64,000 bases of DNA from Octopus bimaculoides (lineage: Eukaryota): NCBI RefSeq assembly GCF_001194135.2, contig NC_068984.1, positions 146,268,704-146,332,703 on the forward strand. The letters run 5' to 3'. Shown one piece after another: positions 53,054-63,632 of the stretch (position 1 is its first letter; each line of letters starts with the position of its first letter). The position numbers and the translations under genes are program-made. The notes under the pieces were generated by a model, which had not been told where the DNA came from, searched no databases, and saw only the letters and a list, made by a program, of their open reading frames with translations.

Positions 53054-55076
53054 AGGAATGGTTGTGTGGTTGAGTAGTTCACTTCACAACCACACAGTCT
53101 CAGGTTTGATCCCACTATGTGGCACTTTGGCCAAATGTCCTCTACTTCAACTACAGGTTGACCAATGCCTTGTCAGTGAAATCTGATAGACAGAAACAGT
53201 ACGGAAGGCTTGGATCAAACCATCCAACCCATGCCAGCATGGAAAAACACATGAAATGATGATGACACAGCTATATGCATGTGTGTGTGTGTGTATTCCA
53301 CTTTGTTTCTTTACGTCTGATTGGTTATGCTGCATCCAGGATATAAGTCACACTGTTTTTCAGCAAGCCCGGGGGGGGGGGGGCGGTTTCTCTACATCTC
53401 TACATTCCAGACACCTAGCATAGACTTCACTGGGGAGGGTCAACAAACAGATTCTGCTATAATTATAGAAATCCTTTTTGTCTCCCTTTTCAAAACTTGG
53501 GATTATCTCCCAAGGTTGCCATTGCTTTGGTGTCTTTCCATAGGCCCAAGCCACCTGGCATACATGAGTCTGCCAGAAAATAACTTCTCTAAGATTTCAT
53601 CCTCTCTAGCATTCTGCATGTAAGTGGAACACCATTGAAACAAGTGGAGAGGATTAAGTATCTTGGGAAGTTGGTGACAAGAGAGAGTAGGAGGGATATG
53701 TGAAAAATAGGGGGAGAAATGTTATGTTTACATAAGATTTTTGTAGTTTTTCTTTTTAAGCAATCATCTCAACATTATCATCATCATGATTGCAATCCTA
53801 TCATCATTTTCCCTCCTACGATCACCATCATCATCATCTTGATCATTATCAGTTTTATATCTATTTTCCCATGGGTTGGATAGGTTTGCAATGCAGTCGC
53901 AATTTCCTAGTTGCAACACATTTAATGAGATTTCTGACAGAAAAACAAACAAACAACAAAGTAAGCAAATAAAATAAAAACAACCAACCAAAGCTTGTGT
54001 TGAAGATTTGTCTTCCATAAACCAAATGTTATCATGCTCTGGAATAAAGGCCAAAGAATTGACTTTACCAATGACGTGATTCCCTGCCCATTTATTCCAC
54101 GTTTGTTTTGGATTGATGCTCAACATCTCAATTCCTGTAGCTGAACAGATGGAGAAAAGAAAAACAAAAAAAAATAGTAATATAATAAAGGAAAAAACAA
54201 CAAAAAAAAAAGCTGTCGTAGTTGTGTGGTTAAGAAGCTCGCTTTGCAATCAAATGGCTTGGGGTTCAGTCCCACTGTGCAGCACCTTGGGCAAGTGCTT
54301 TCTACTACAACCCTGGGCTGACCAATGTCGTGTGAGTAGATGGAAACTGTGTGGAAGCCTGTCATATATATTTGTGTCTATGTGGCGTGTGTCTTTGTGT
54401 TTGTGTTTGTCAGCTCCAACAATGTTTGGTGTTGGTTTGTTTATGTTCCTGAAACTTAGTAGTTTAGTGAAAATAGACTAATAGAGTAGCTACCAGAGTT
54501 AAAAAAAAACAAAAAAAAAACATACAAGTACTGGGGTCAGTTTCATCCTCCTCCTCACCATCATCATCATCCTTCCATGCTGGCATGAATTGGATGGTTT
54601 GACTGAGGACTGGTAACCCAAGAGGCTGCACCAGGCTCCGATCTGTTTTGGCAAAGTTTCTACAGCTGGATGCCCTTCCTAATGCCAACCACTCCAAGAG
54701 TGTAGTGGGAACCAATCAGCCTGCACTGACATCGGCCACGCTCAAATGGTGCTTTTTACATGTGACCGGCACGGGTACTAGTCAGGCTGCACATTTATTG
54801 TCCTTCTATTTTATTTAAAAGAAATTGTCTCATACCAACCTGCACCATTTGCAATTTCGAAATCATCTGGGTTTCCATCCATGGAATAAACGTATTTCCT
54901 GTGGAAATAACGGTGTCGGTTATCAGGGCGCTGCTTCGATGAATCTAGGACTGAATTATTGTTGCGATTCCCCGTAGCAAAACCATGAAGACCTCCAGGT
55001 TGGTCAGTAGGACTACTTGGGGGAGATTGACCTGGGGGCATCTGAAATAAAAGTTAGATTAAGACAGTGAAAGTGA

Positions 55077-55115
<39 letters not shown>

Positions 55116-56838
55116 ACTAGGGCACGCTAATGTATAAGTAAATTTATAGTATAAGAGTTGGTTTTAGTGGTAGTGGTGGTGCTGGTGGTAGTACTGATGT
55201 GCACAGTAGTATTTATACATGTAATAATCATCATCGTCATCATTTAACATCGACTTTTCTATGCTTGAATGGGTAAGACAGAATTTGTAGGGATAGATCT
55301 TCCATGGTCAGGTGTCCCTTCAGGTCACCAAATGCATGTATGTTTGTGTGTACCCTTGTCTAGACATCACATGAGGGTTGTCAATGAGAATCACCATTGT
55401 ATACGTGATGTTAGACTGCAGCCTCGTGTCAAAACCGTGTCTGGCCATGGGGAAATATCATTACCTTGGTGTTGTAGTCAAAATGGTACACCCCTTCCCA
55501 CGTGACAAAGTGGTATGATTTGAGCCAGCCACTATAAAGTCAGACAGTCAGTCGTTGTAGGAGGCCAGTAGCCGTAGAGTCGTTGTACGAGTTCTCAGTT
55601 GGAGTCAGTATCAGCTACGAGATATATACGAGTTCAAGTTACCGTCAAGGCAGATGTTTCAAAGTCATTGTGTTACAGAGCTTGCAGCGATAGCACAATA
55701 GACAAGTGAGAAATAATAAGACGCAGAATACTGCCACAACACAATAGTGGTGACAAGAATATTACAGTACTGACAACAACATAGAAATGGACGGGGATCC
55801 ACATTATAGCACTTGGCTGGAAGTAGGTCAAGGCTGGTGACAGAAAGAGCAGCCAGCCCCAGAAAATCTGCCTGAACAAATACTGTCCAATCAATACAAG
55901 CATGGAAAAGTGGACATTTAACAATGATGACGATGATGATGAAATGTCCAAAATCTCCTTCAATAGACAATACTTACACTATTAGGGAAAATGTATTTTA
56001 CGTGTGTTTTTGCAGCTTTTTTTCTACTCAGTGTGTCAACCCATCGCTGGACAGTGTCTCTCTGTTGTATGGTAAGGGAGGAAAGCACAAGTTCAGCTTC
56101 TTCATCGTGTTTTAAATCAACCGTTTCTGAACTTGTAGCGGCTAAGAAAAATACAAAAATAAGAAAATAAATAAATAAATACATAAATAAAATATGAACT
56201 GTTTTAGAATTATTGTTTAGCCCTAGGTCATTCAGATGTCATCAAGCAAACCAATGATCAAAAGATTATCTCCCTTCTTATTTTGAGAGTGTATCTAGGA
56301 CGATATTATCCAATGTCTTCTTACAACACATTCAGGCATAATTCTTGTGTGGTTGACTTATTTCTAGCAAGTTTAATGACTGCGTGGAGGCTCCTATCTT
56401 GGCTCAGAAGGTGTGTGGGGGGAGAGAGAGAGAGAGAGAGGGGTGCTTCCCCCTCCCCGAGTAAAGGGGTGTAAAACGGGCTTGCTCTGAGCATTCACCT
56501 GTATGTGACCAAGAGACGAAGTGTGGGAGATGGTATTTGCCCTTCGTGGTCCTACACAGGTGTCACTTCTATTCGCTGCAATTTTGTGAGTTGTTTTATG
56601 ACTTAAAGGTGAAACTGGGAGTTGAACCGACTTTTTACTTTCCTTAGTTAAGCAGCATTAAAAGCTTTGCAAAGTACACAATGCAGTGATTGTCAGGTGA
56701 CAGAGTTCACTTTGTTACCACACTGTCTTGAGTTCAATATCAGTGCTTGGCACCTTCAGTAAGTTTTCTTCTGAATTCTTGGGTTGGCCAATGCTTTGTG
56801 AGTAAAATTGGTAGATCAGAAAGTGTGTGTGTGTGTGT

Positions 56839-56884
<46 letters not shown>

Positions 56885-58590
56885 ACGTGTGTGCGTGTGT
56901 GTGTAATTTTCGCTGTCAAAAGAAATCCTCTTGTTCTGTGCTTTCTGAGACATTCCGAATAAGATATTGGTTACTTTAAAAACAGGTATGGGTTAGCAGT
57001 AGGGCAAACGTGTCTGTAGAAAAGAATACCACAATAATGTGTTCTCCTAACCCATGCTAACATGGAGAAACAGATGTTAAACAAACAAGCCTGTAGGATT
57101 TGGAAAGAATTGAGATATAGAATTAAAATAGTAAATGAACTGCTCTGTAGTTACCAGTAAAATGAGATATCATAGGTCCAAGTCCGATTTTGGTTAACTG
57201 TTCTGCTTCTATTTCTCCTTCTGAAAATTAAATATAAATCACATATTTTAGAAAATATTATATTTTTTTTATTTGTATGGAAGATGTCTAAATATAGACA
57301 AGTAAAACCCTCATAAGTTTTCAGATACATCTGTTTATGTTTTCAGTTCAGTTCATGCTAAGTTTTGGTAAATCAAACAGATTCTTCTTCAAATGTCAGA
57401 AACCAAACTCAAATACTTGCAAAAGACTGGACACCATTCAATGCAGCTGAGGTGCCAAATGGTGGCGTTCACCAATGGACAGATTAAGTTTATCATTCAA
57501 GTAGCCAATGGTGGATTTGAACTCAAAATGCAAAGAATTGAAGCAAATAACACAAGTTCCAATTCCAGGTAAAGCTGTGTGGTTAAGACACTCACTTTGC
57601 AATCAATTGGTTTTGGGTTCAGTCCCACTATATGGAAAATTGGGCAAGTATCTTCTCTTCCAATAGCCCTGGGATGACCAATGCCTTGTAAGTGAATTTA
57701 GTAGAAGGAAACTGTGTGGAAGCCCATCCTGTGTGTGTATATGTATTATGCTTTTGTGTGTGTCCCCTCCTTGCTTAACAACTGGTGTTGCTTTGTTTAT
57801 GTCTCTGTGACATAGTGGGTCAGCAAAAGGGACTGACAGATTTAAAAGTATTGGGTTAGTCAAACAAACTGACCAAACTCATCAAAGCAGTGCTCCAGCA
57901 TGGCTGCTGTCCAATGAGTGAAACAAGTAAAAGGTAAAAGCAATCTATCATCTCTGACATTTTTATTTTTTTGGCTCTGAAAGGATAAAAAAATAAAATT
58001 GACCTGAGCAGAATTTGAGCACAAAATGTAGAGAGCTGGAAGACATCAACATCATCATCAACATTTAATATCCACTTTCCCTAATGGCATGGGTTGGACA
58101 GTTTGACAGGAATTGGCAAGGCTAGCAGGGTGCACCAGGTTCCACAGTCTGTTTTGGTTTGGTTTCTACAGCTGGATGCCCTTCCTAACACCAACCACTT
58201 TACAGAATGTATTGGATATTTTTTTATGTGGTACCATCATCACCAGTGCTTTTCACATTGCATCAGCACACACATCAATGCTTTCTACGTGGCATCTTGG
58301 TTTTAGGGAATCAGAAATACTGTGAGGTATTCTGTCTGATGTTGTCTACAATAAAATGTGGTTAGCAAACATCAAATAAATGTCAAAATGTAAAGAATTA
58401 TATTTGAGGAGGAAGCAAATTTACCATCAGGTGTCTTGGATAAGTCATCTTCGCTGTCTTCTGTACCGATTGATTCCTTGCTTTGTCGTATATCTTGGAA
58501 CTCTTTCCAATAAGTGTCCATATCGACCACGTCACCACCGGCTTCATGAGACTTCAGCAGCAGTGAATTAGGCAACACGCTTCCTTCCAT
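33592..58590 (-). CDS. ARHGAP18: Rho GTPase-activating protein of the ARHGAP18/28/40 (conundrum) family. Spliced CDS join(58590-58425,57220-57155,56141-55978,55041-54840,54140-53989,52793-52767,48693-48531,44914-44823,43666-43589,42222-42063,40764-40682,40092-39886,37677-37612,37195-37142,35854-35712,34787-34675,33677-33592), 673 aa
   Basis: All 17 exons have AG/GT boundaries with matching phases and total 2022 nt. Family motifs appear in the expected order: [138 protein letters not shown]. The symbol denotes the family; exact orthology among the vertebrate paralogues cannot be assigned. Confidence 0.93.
34675..34787 (-). CDS. ARHGAP18: RhoGAP exon 16 ([37 protein letters not shown])
   Basis: ctttctag| ... 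G|GTGAGT, phase 2-1; LYEVGGNIG family motif. Confidence 0.92.
34895..35280 (+). mobile_element. Probable non-LTR retroelement 3' end terminating in (TTA)n
   Basis: GC-richer block ending ...ggtactgcatcagggc(tta)n; family not identified. Confidence 0.45.
35712..35854 (-). CDS. ARHGAP18: RhoGAP exon 15 ([33 protein letters not shown]...NENK)
   Basis: ccttttag| ... AG|GTAAGA, phase 0-2; matches the IRVQAPHLSK--M-IQL C-terminal region. Confidence 0.9.
36385..36615 (-). mobile_element. RTE LINE 3' end with terminal tail
   Basis: [22 protein letters not shown]...WGAAV (GRP-KTW----DL--L motif) followed by catgccagcatggaaaagtagacgtaaaaaatgatgat. Confidence 0.7.
37142..37195 (-). CDS. ARHGAP18: RhoGAP exon 14, 54 nt ([18 protein letters not shown])
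   Basis: ttattgcag| ... GAG|GTAAGT, phase 0-0; Lys-rich like the corresponding family linker. Confidence 0.8.
37612..37677 (-). CDS. ARHGAP18: RhoGAP exon 13 ([22 protein letters not shown])
   Basis: ttcctcttag| ... TGG|GTATCT, phase 0-0; continues the family LW(T)IP---QVR motif. Confidence 0.87.
39320..39435. repeat. Compound minisatellite (gcgagagcgagagagaga)x4 followed by (gt)n
   Basis: Units at 39339-39410. Confidence 0.9.
39886..40092 (-). CDS. ARHGAP18: RhoGAP exon 12 (ILLRFLKKV...[17 protein letters not shown]...IDILWT)
   Basis: ccattgtag| ... ACA|GTAAGT, phase 0-0, 69 codons. Confidence 0.95.
40682..40764 (-). CDS. ARHGAP18: RhoGAP exon 11 ((F)[27 protein letters not shown])
   Basis: (t)n-tag| ... 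ATG|GTCAGT, phase 1-0. Confidence 0.93.
41026..41249. mobile_element. piggyBac-like MITE
   Basis: TTAA on both sides (41022-25, 41250-53); terminal inverted repeats cccttttgttac / gtaacgaaaggg. Sister copies at 8186-8398, 11600-11821, 39119-39308, 52517-52714; partial copies near 12500-13020, 18840-19045, 39620-39700. Confidence 0.82.
42063..42222 (-). CDS. ARHGAP18: RhoGAP exon 10 ([17 protein letters not shown]...[19 protein letters not shown]...NVQ)
   Basis: cttctctccag| ... T|GTAAGA, phase 0-1. Confidence 0.95.
43589..43666 (-). CDS. ARHGAP18: RhoGAP exon 9 ([26 protein letters not shown]), arginine finger
   Basis: gcttttag| ... AAG|GTAAAT, phase 0-0; EGILRIPG catalytic motif. Confidence 0.95.
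44017..44175. repeat. Long (TA)n microsatellite with degenerate extension
   Basis: More than 60 bp of perfect TA. Other long arrays: (TG)n 62055-62115, (CA)n 63568-63630, (TG)n 56825-56905. Confidence 0.95.
44823..44914 (-). CDS. ARHGAP18: RhoGAP exon 8 ((D)[30 protein letters not shown])
   Basis: tttttccacag| ... CAG|GTAAGT, phase 1-0; start of the GAP domain. Confidence 0.93.
45470..46050 (-). repeat. Strand-asymmetric (plus-strand G/A-rich) interspersed repeat fragment, probably LINE-derived
   Basis: Shares ttttccagc..gtatct.ctcta and ctggcacaaa(t/g)ccat segments with 6090-6245(+); ctggcacaaatccata also occurs at about 61245. Confidence 0.45.
48531..48693 (-). CDS. ARHGAP18: RhoGAP exon 7 ([13 protein letters not shown]...[15 protein letters not shown]...KKTTR)
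   Basis: tgtatcag|AAC ... CGAG|GTAACT, phase 0-1; conserved G-T---DL---D---L--LALIEL motif. Confidence 0.92.
49854..49909. repeat. Perfect 18-bp tandem triplication (ctgaaacatgtttgtaaa)x3
   Basis: Read directly from the sequence. Confidence 0.95.
50315..50480 (+). mobile_element. SINE family B (gagctggcaagaacgttagc...gagttcaaattccgccgagg...ggggtcgataaattaagtacc)
   Basis: Related copies at about 1345-1530(+), 21140-21262(-), 35390-35540(-), 37790-38770(-, cluster of four), 41300-41430(+), 57960-58040(-). Confidence 0.8.
50950..51340 (+). mobile_element. RTE-tailed repeat family C (ggcacgtaaaaagcacc modules + aggaagggcatccagctgtagaaac + catgccagcatggaaagcggacgttaaacgatgatg)
   Basis: Related copies at about 2460-2650(-), 3455-3690(-), 7460-7730(+), 13055-13190(+), 38175-38320(-), 42640-42950(+), 54560-54780(-), 58050-58300(-). 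Confidence 0.8.
51730..52050 (+). mobile_element. SINE family D (tRNA-like head, gtgtccttgagtaagacac core)
   Basis: A-box/B-box-like head; its 3' part aligns with 19082-19195. Confidence 0.65.
52517..52714. mobile_element. piggyBac-like MITE, 53 bp from the microexon donor
   Basis: TTAA-cccctttgatacc ... ggtaacaaaaaggg-TTAA. Confidence 0.8.
52767..52793 (-). CDS. ARHGAP18: RhoGAP exon 6, 27-nt microexon (DPDSEVKLT)
   Basis: Long pyrimidine tract cttttctttattttctctgttccag| and a consensus |GTAAGT donor; phase 0-0. Inclusion gives KLTNFIL, which aligns with the family TLPSFRL. Confidence 0.75.
53989..54140 (-). CDS. ARHGAP18: RhoGAP exon 5 ([15 protein letters not shown]...EDKSSTQAL)
   Basis: ctgttcag|CTACAG (alternative in-frame acceptor 6 nt inside) ... 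TTG|GTTGGT, phase 1-0. Confidence 0.78.
54840..55041 (-). CDS. ARHGAP18: RhoGAP exon 4 ([11 protein letters not shown]...DDFEIANGA)
   Basis: ttatttcag|ATG...GCAG|GTTGGT, phase 0-1, open frame, fits the flanking exons. Confidence 0.8.
55470..55811 (+). mobile_element. Solo-LTR-like insertion (342 bp) nested in a SINE
   Basis: TG...CA ends, CTTGG on both flanks (55465-69, 55812-16), TATAAA at 55533, 11 CpGs; interrupts a family A SINE tail. Confidence 0.55.
55978..56141 (-). CDS. ARHGAP18: RhoGAP exon 3 ([10 protein letters not shown]...[23 protein letters not shown]...IFPNS)
   Basis: tttcttag| ... AGT|GTAAGT, phase 1-0; similar to the family LSTLT--Q--AV--RV-T segment. Confidence 0.9.
57155..57220 (-). 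CDS. ARHGAP18: RhoGAP exon 2, 66 nt ((E)[21 protein letters not shown])
   Basis: ttttcag|AAGGAG...ACTG|GTAACT, phase 1-1; matches the family EGE-E-EWL--AGL motif. Confidence 0.88.
58425..58590 (-). CDS. ARHGAP18: RhoGAP exon 1 ([10 protein letters not shown]...[32 protein letters not shown])
   Basis: Acceptor ttgtag| at 58628 with an in-frame TGA upstream of ATG 58590; donor G|GTAAAT, phase 1. The acceptor implies a further upstream 5'UTR exon. Confidence 0.88.
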
Positions 58591-61500
58591 GATTTTTTTC
58601 AATTCACAATTTAGAAATCATCAAAATCTACAATAAACAAACAAAGGAATAAATATTTAGAAAAAAAAAGGAAAATAGTTATTTACATTAATTTTAATTC
58701 AATTATACAACGTCCAACTCAAACAGATAATTTTTTGATAAATAAAGTTATCTGTTATTATATATCTGCTTTTTTATAAACGTAAATCTGTCCTCAAATA
58801 TCTCACACACCCTGAATACACACACACACACACACACACATACACAATTGTGTGTGTGTGTGTGTGTGTTTCCAGTGCCAAAAAGTACTGTTGTCAAAAC
58901 AGATTGAATGTCCAATCAGTTGTGCCAAATTTTCTGCATCCAAAGAACTGCACCAAAATTGCTTCATTGTCTCATTTCAGTTTTTGTCTTGTTGCATTTC
59001 TAGCAATGCTCTGCACCAGGCTCACCTAGTGAAGCAAGGAAGTTTGTTTAGCTGTGAACAACTTTACATTGCAACAGGGTGGACAAAATTACATATTACT
59101 GGTAACTCTCATGGGAACTCTTATATAACAGGCACAGAAGGGCAACTTCTCTTCTATTTAGAATTTTGCTGGGAAACGGAAGAGAGGAAACACTTTCTTC
59201 CTGTTTACACACTAAAAAAAGTTGCAAGCTTGATTCTTGACCGACATCTCAGCATATTGACTCCTCTTCCTCATCCTCCACCAATGGTTTACTATGAATT
59301 TCACATCATTCTTACTTTTTCTTGCTTGCATCAGTTTGATGAAGTTGATTCTGGTGGATTTTCTACAGTAAGATGCTCTCCCTGTCACCAATCCTCACTT
59401 ATTTCTGAGCAGTATAATATTCCCCATGACCAGACATGTTCTTGCAGAATATTGGAAAGAAATGGCACTGCTTATAAGACAGTGACACTCCTTTACAACT
59501 ATTATGCAATACCAAGGACACATACATATATAGTGGGATTCTTCTAGTTTCTATCTTTCAAACCCACTCACAAAAATTAGGTTGGCCGGGGGTTATTGTA
59601 GAAGACACACGTACAAGGTGCCATGTAGTGGGACTGAATCCAAAACCTCGTAGTTGGGCAGCAAACTTCTCAACTACACAGCCACATCTATAGTGTATGT
59701 TTTAGAAAACTATTCATGCGCAAACAGTGTTTCCTTTTAATGTTAAAATGAAGAGAATATATCAATAGATATTTAGCCAACATTGTATGTTTTAAGAGAT
59801 AAGTGCCTTGTCTAAATAGACACCATCTTTGTGGACAGAAAAAAAAAAGGGGGGACCAACCATCCAGACTAGTTTCAATTCCACTGAGAGATTCATCAGT
59901 GAATACAGCAACAAGCTAAAGAATAACATTCAGTTTTTCTGTGGTTTTCCTGCTGCTTAAAATGATGTGTTGTACCACTTTACAGCTGAGTGAACTGAGC
60001 CAGAGAGAATCAAGTAGCAGAAAAGATTTATCACTGTTCTGGTGATTACAATATGAGCCATTGGTACTGCAGCTGGTGGAACAGCATCTCCTTCACTCAG
60101 AAAGCTGCGACTAATGTTCTCTCACACAAGACACACCCACATCCCATTTTAACGCAAGCACACACACACACACACACGTGTAGTCATATAATTTTTGTTT
60201 TTGTTTGGGTTTTTGTTCCCTAGCTAATATGTTATTTGATATCCACTCAAGAGTCTCCGTTTCCAGAGAGCAGTCATAGAGACCAACAAATTAGCTTTAT
60301 TGCATAATGACAGAAACACGTGAAACACAAATGTCTGATAACAATGTTCTAAACCACTAAACAAAATAAAGAATGGCATTAGTTCTGTTTATGGTAATAT
60401 ACCGAATTTCAGGATCAAGTAATTTCTAAATTAAATTACAAACACACATTGTCCAACCCATGCCAGCATGGAAAATGGACATTAAATAATATATGAGTGG
60501 ACAAACAAAAGACAAAGGCAATCAACACATTTTGGTAGGCGTCACATATTATTTAAAACAGTTTGATTTCGCTTCATGCGACAAAGTTTCTTAGGCTCAT
60601 TATAAGAATCCAGGTCTTGGATTCCTACATTTGGCTGCCTGGGACCAAATCTACCCATTTTAAATAATAATAATAATAATAATAATAATATATATACATA
60701 CACACATACATATAACACACACAACACACTTTCAAATAACTTCTGCTTACCAATTTCATTTACATGACTATAGTAGGAGATATTTGCCTGAGGTGCCTTG
60801 CAGGGGAATAGAACCTATCATCACATGGTTACAAAGTCTACTCACATTCACATACCTCTGCCTATTTGGGCCTTGTGAGTGGATTTGGTAGATGGAAAGT
60901 GTGCCTCTTTGAGTTCTTTCTTTTTATAGAATTAAATAAGACATATTTAATTTCTGTGTCAGAAGAATTCTTCAGAACTGATCCCTGGTAAACTATTTTT
61001 ACACTAAGTTCCTTGTTTTTCTCCTAGCCAACCTTCACCTTACTGGCAGCATCCCTGTATATGGCTTTTACAGCTCTCACTAACCACTCCCCTATCCCTA
61101 GATTCCCACATTGCCCACCAGATAAGGGTACAGGAGACCCATCAGAGGCTTTCGCCATTCAACGAAAGTCAAATACAGATGTTTATTTTTTGGGGCCAAG
61201 TATTTCTCCTGCCTCACCAGGAAGATAACGTTGGTGGTGCTTCTGCCTGGCACAAATCCATAACTGCATCTCATCTAGACTAACTCTCTAATTAATTGAG
61301 CTATGATGACAGTCTTCCATGCAGTTTCCATCTACCAGTTCCACTGATGCGGTTGGAGAGGCAAGCTCCTTAACCACACAGATTCACAAAACTAGAAAAC
61401 ATGAACCGTGTCAAAGCCGACATTGGGGTTCAATGCAACCCTACAGCTCACTGGATCCTGTCAAACCATCTGACCCACACCATGTAAAATGGACATCATG

Positions 61501-61799
61501 TGATGATGATGATGCTGAGATGTCATCAATCCTCCCCCTCCTCCTCCTCCTGATCATCATCATTTGACATCCATTTTTCCATGCTTGCATGAGTCAAGTA
61601 AAATTTTGTCGAGGCAGACATTCAACAGCTGAATGCCTTTCCTGTCACCAACCCTCACCTGTTTCTATGTAAAGTAGTATCTTCATTTAGCCAGACGTGT
61701 TTTTCATGGAAGACTTGAAATGAACAACCTCATTTGTATGATGACAACAATGACAATGCTTGTTTACGACTGTCACGCAATGTCCTGACAAGGTTACAG

Positions 61800-61832
<33 letters not shown>

Positions 61833-62050
61833 GATCCATATGTGTGTGTGTGTAAGCCAATACAGAGTAGAAGGGATTTTTTTATTAGTTCCACCACAAA
61901 CAAAATCTCTCCTTTTACAGGTGAGTGTCACGATAAAGTGCACCCATGTTGTAATGTGACACTGAAACCATATCCAAGATCCACCAATTGAGGACAATGC
62001 GAATATCATGATGATGAAGTGTGTGTGTGTGTATGTGTGTGAGAGTATGT

Positions 62051-62118
<68 letters not shown>

Positions 62119-62853
62119 TATTAGAAAGAGGAGCATTTTAAAATCTTTTCTTTGCTTCAGTCATTTGACTGTGGCCATGCTGGAGCACCACCTTTAGTTG
62201 AACAAATGAACCCCAGGACTTATTCTTTGTAAGCCTAGTGCTTATTCTATTGGATCTCTTTTTGCTGAACTGCTTGGTTACAGGGACATAAACACACCAA
62301 CATTGGTTGTCAAGTGATGGTGAGAGGACAAACAGACACACAAACATATACACACACATATATATACATATACGATGAGCTTGTATAACAAAGAAAAACA
62401 TGATACTTCCCATTAATCAAATACACACACTCACATGCATGCAGACAAACACACACAGACCTATTTTCTGTTCCTCGTTTATTTATTTCCCATCAATCCT
62501 CTCGCTCCCGTAAGCTCTTCCCTGCCTCCATTCATCCAGACTTCAATTCAGATTCGATAAATAAATAAAATAAAGAACAGACTCAGACATGTTGGATTTC
62601 AGTGCATTTCTGACTCTGTGGCTGTTGTTCTACTTAAGAAATATCACAGTAAAGAAAATGCTCAGTGCTATATGTGTAACCTAGTTCATGGTGGTTGAAT
62701 ATTCCAGGTCTACCCAAGCATGATGATAAATGTAGCCATGATTGAGATAGAATTTGATATAATGTTGAGTGTTGTATTTAATTTCCCATGTTTTTGGTCA
62801 CGCACTTATATTAAATAAACACACACAGAACATAAACACTTACATACTCGCAT

Positions 62854-62885
<32 letters not shown>

Positions 62886-62920
62886 ATAAATGTACATATG
62901 TGTGTACGTGTATGTGTATG

Positions 62921-62955
<35 letters not shown>

Positions 62956-63039
62956 TGAATGTTCTGGCAAATAGCACTGTCCCTGTGCTCTTATCTGCAA
63001 ATGAGACATCGGTGACTATGAAGAGGATAGAACATCAAT

Positions 63040-63300
63040 TGGTCACAACACAAAGGGTGCCATGGAAAGATCCATGCTAGAAATCTCGTTAAAAGAGCTC
63101 ATTTGAAATGAGACAATTTGAGAAGAGGACAGACTGAATGATGCAATTGCAGAATACTGAAAGCACAAGATCTGCTGGGTTGGACATGTTACAAGGTTCC
63201 CAGACAACAAGGTTGACCTGTGCAGTTGCCGAGTGGCATTCGAGAGAGTGGAAAAAGCCACTTGGAAGGCCTCCACGATATAACAGCATCTGATGGTTTG
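63040..63300 (+). mobile_element. RTE-1-like LINE C-terminal remnant
   Basis: Broken frame MLEISLKELI*NETI...WVGHVTRFPDN...AVAEWHSREWKKPLGRPP. Confidence 0.7.
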
Positions 63301-63565
63301 GTTGATACTTGCTTACACACACACACACATACACACGCACATACACAAACACACAAACGCACATATACATACACACACACACACACACTATTCCATGCTT
63401 GCATGGGTTAGATGGAATTTGTTGAGCCAGATTTCCTATGGTTAGACATCCTTCCTTCTTTCCTAATCTCCACCTATTCCCAAGAGAGGTAATATTTCTT
63501 CCTGGTCAGACATGTTTTCCAAGGAGGATTAGAAATGGATGACATTACTTGTCTGATAATGATAC

Positions 63566-63632
<67 letters not shown>

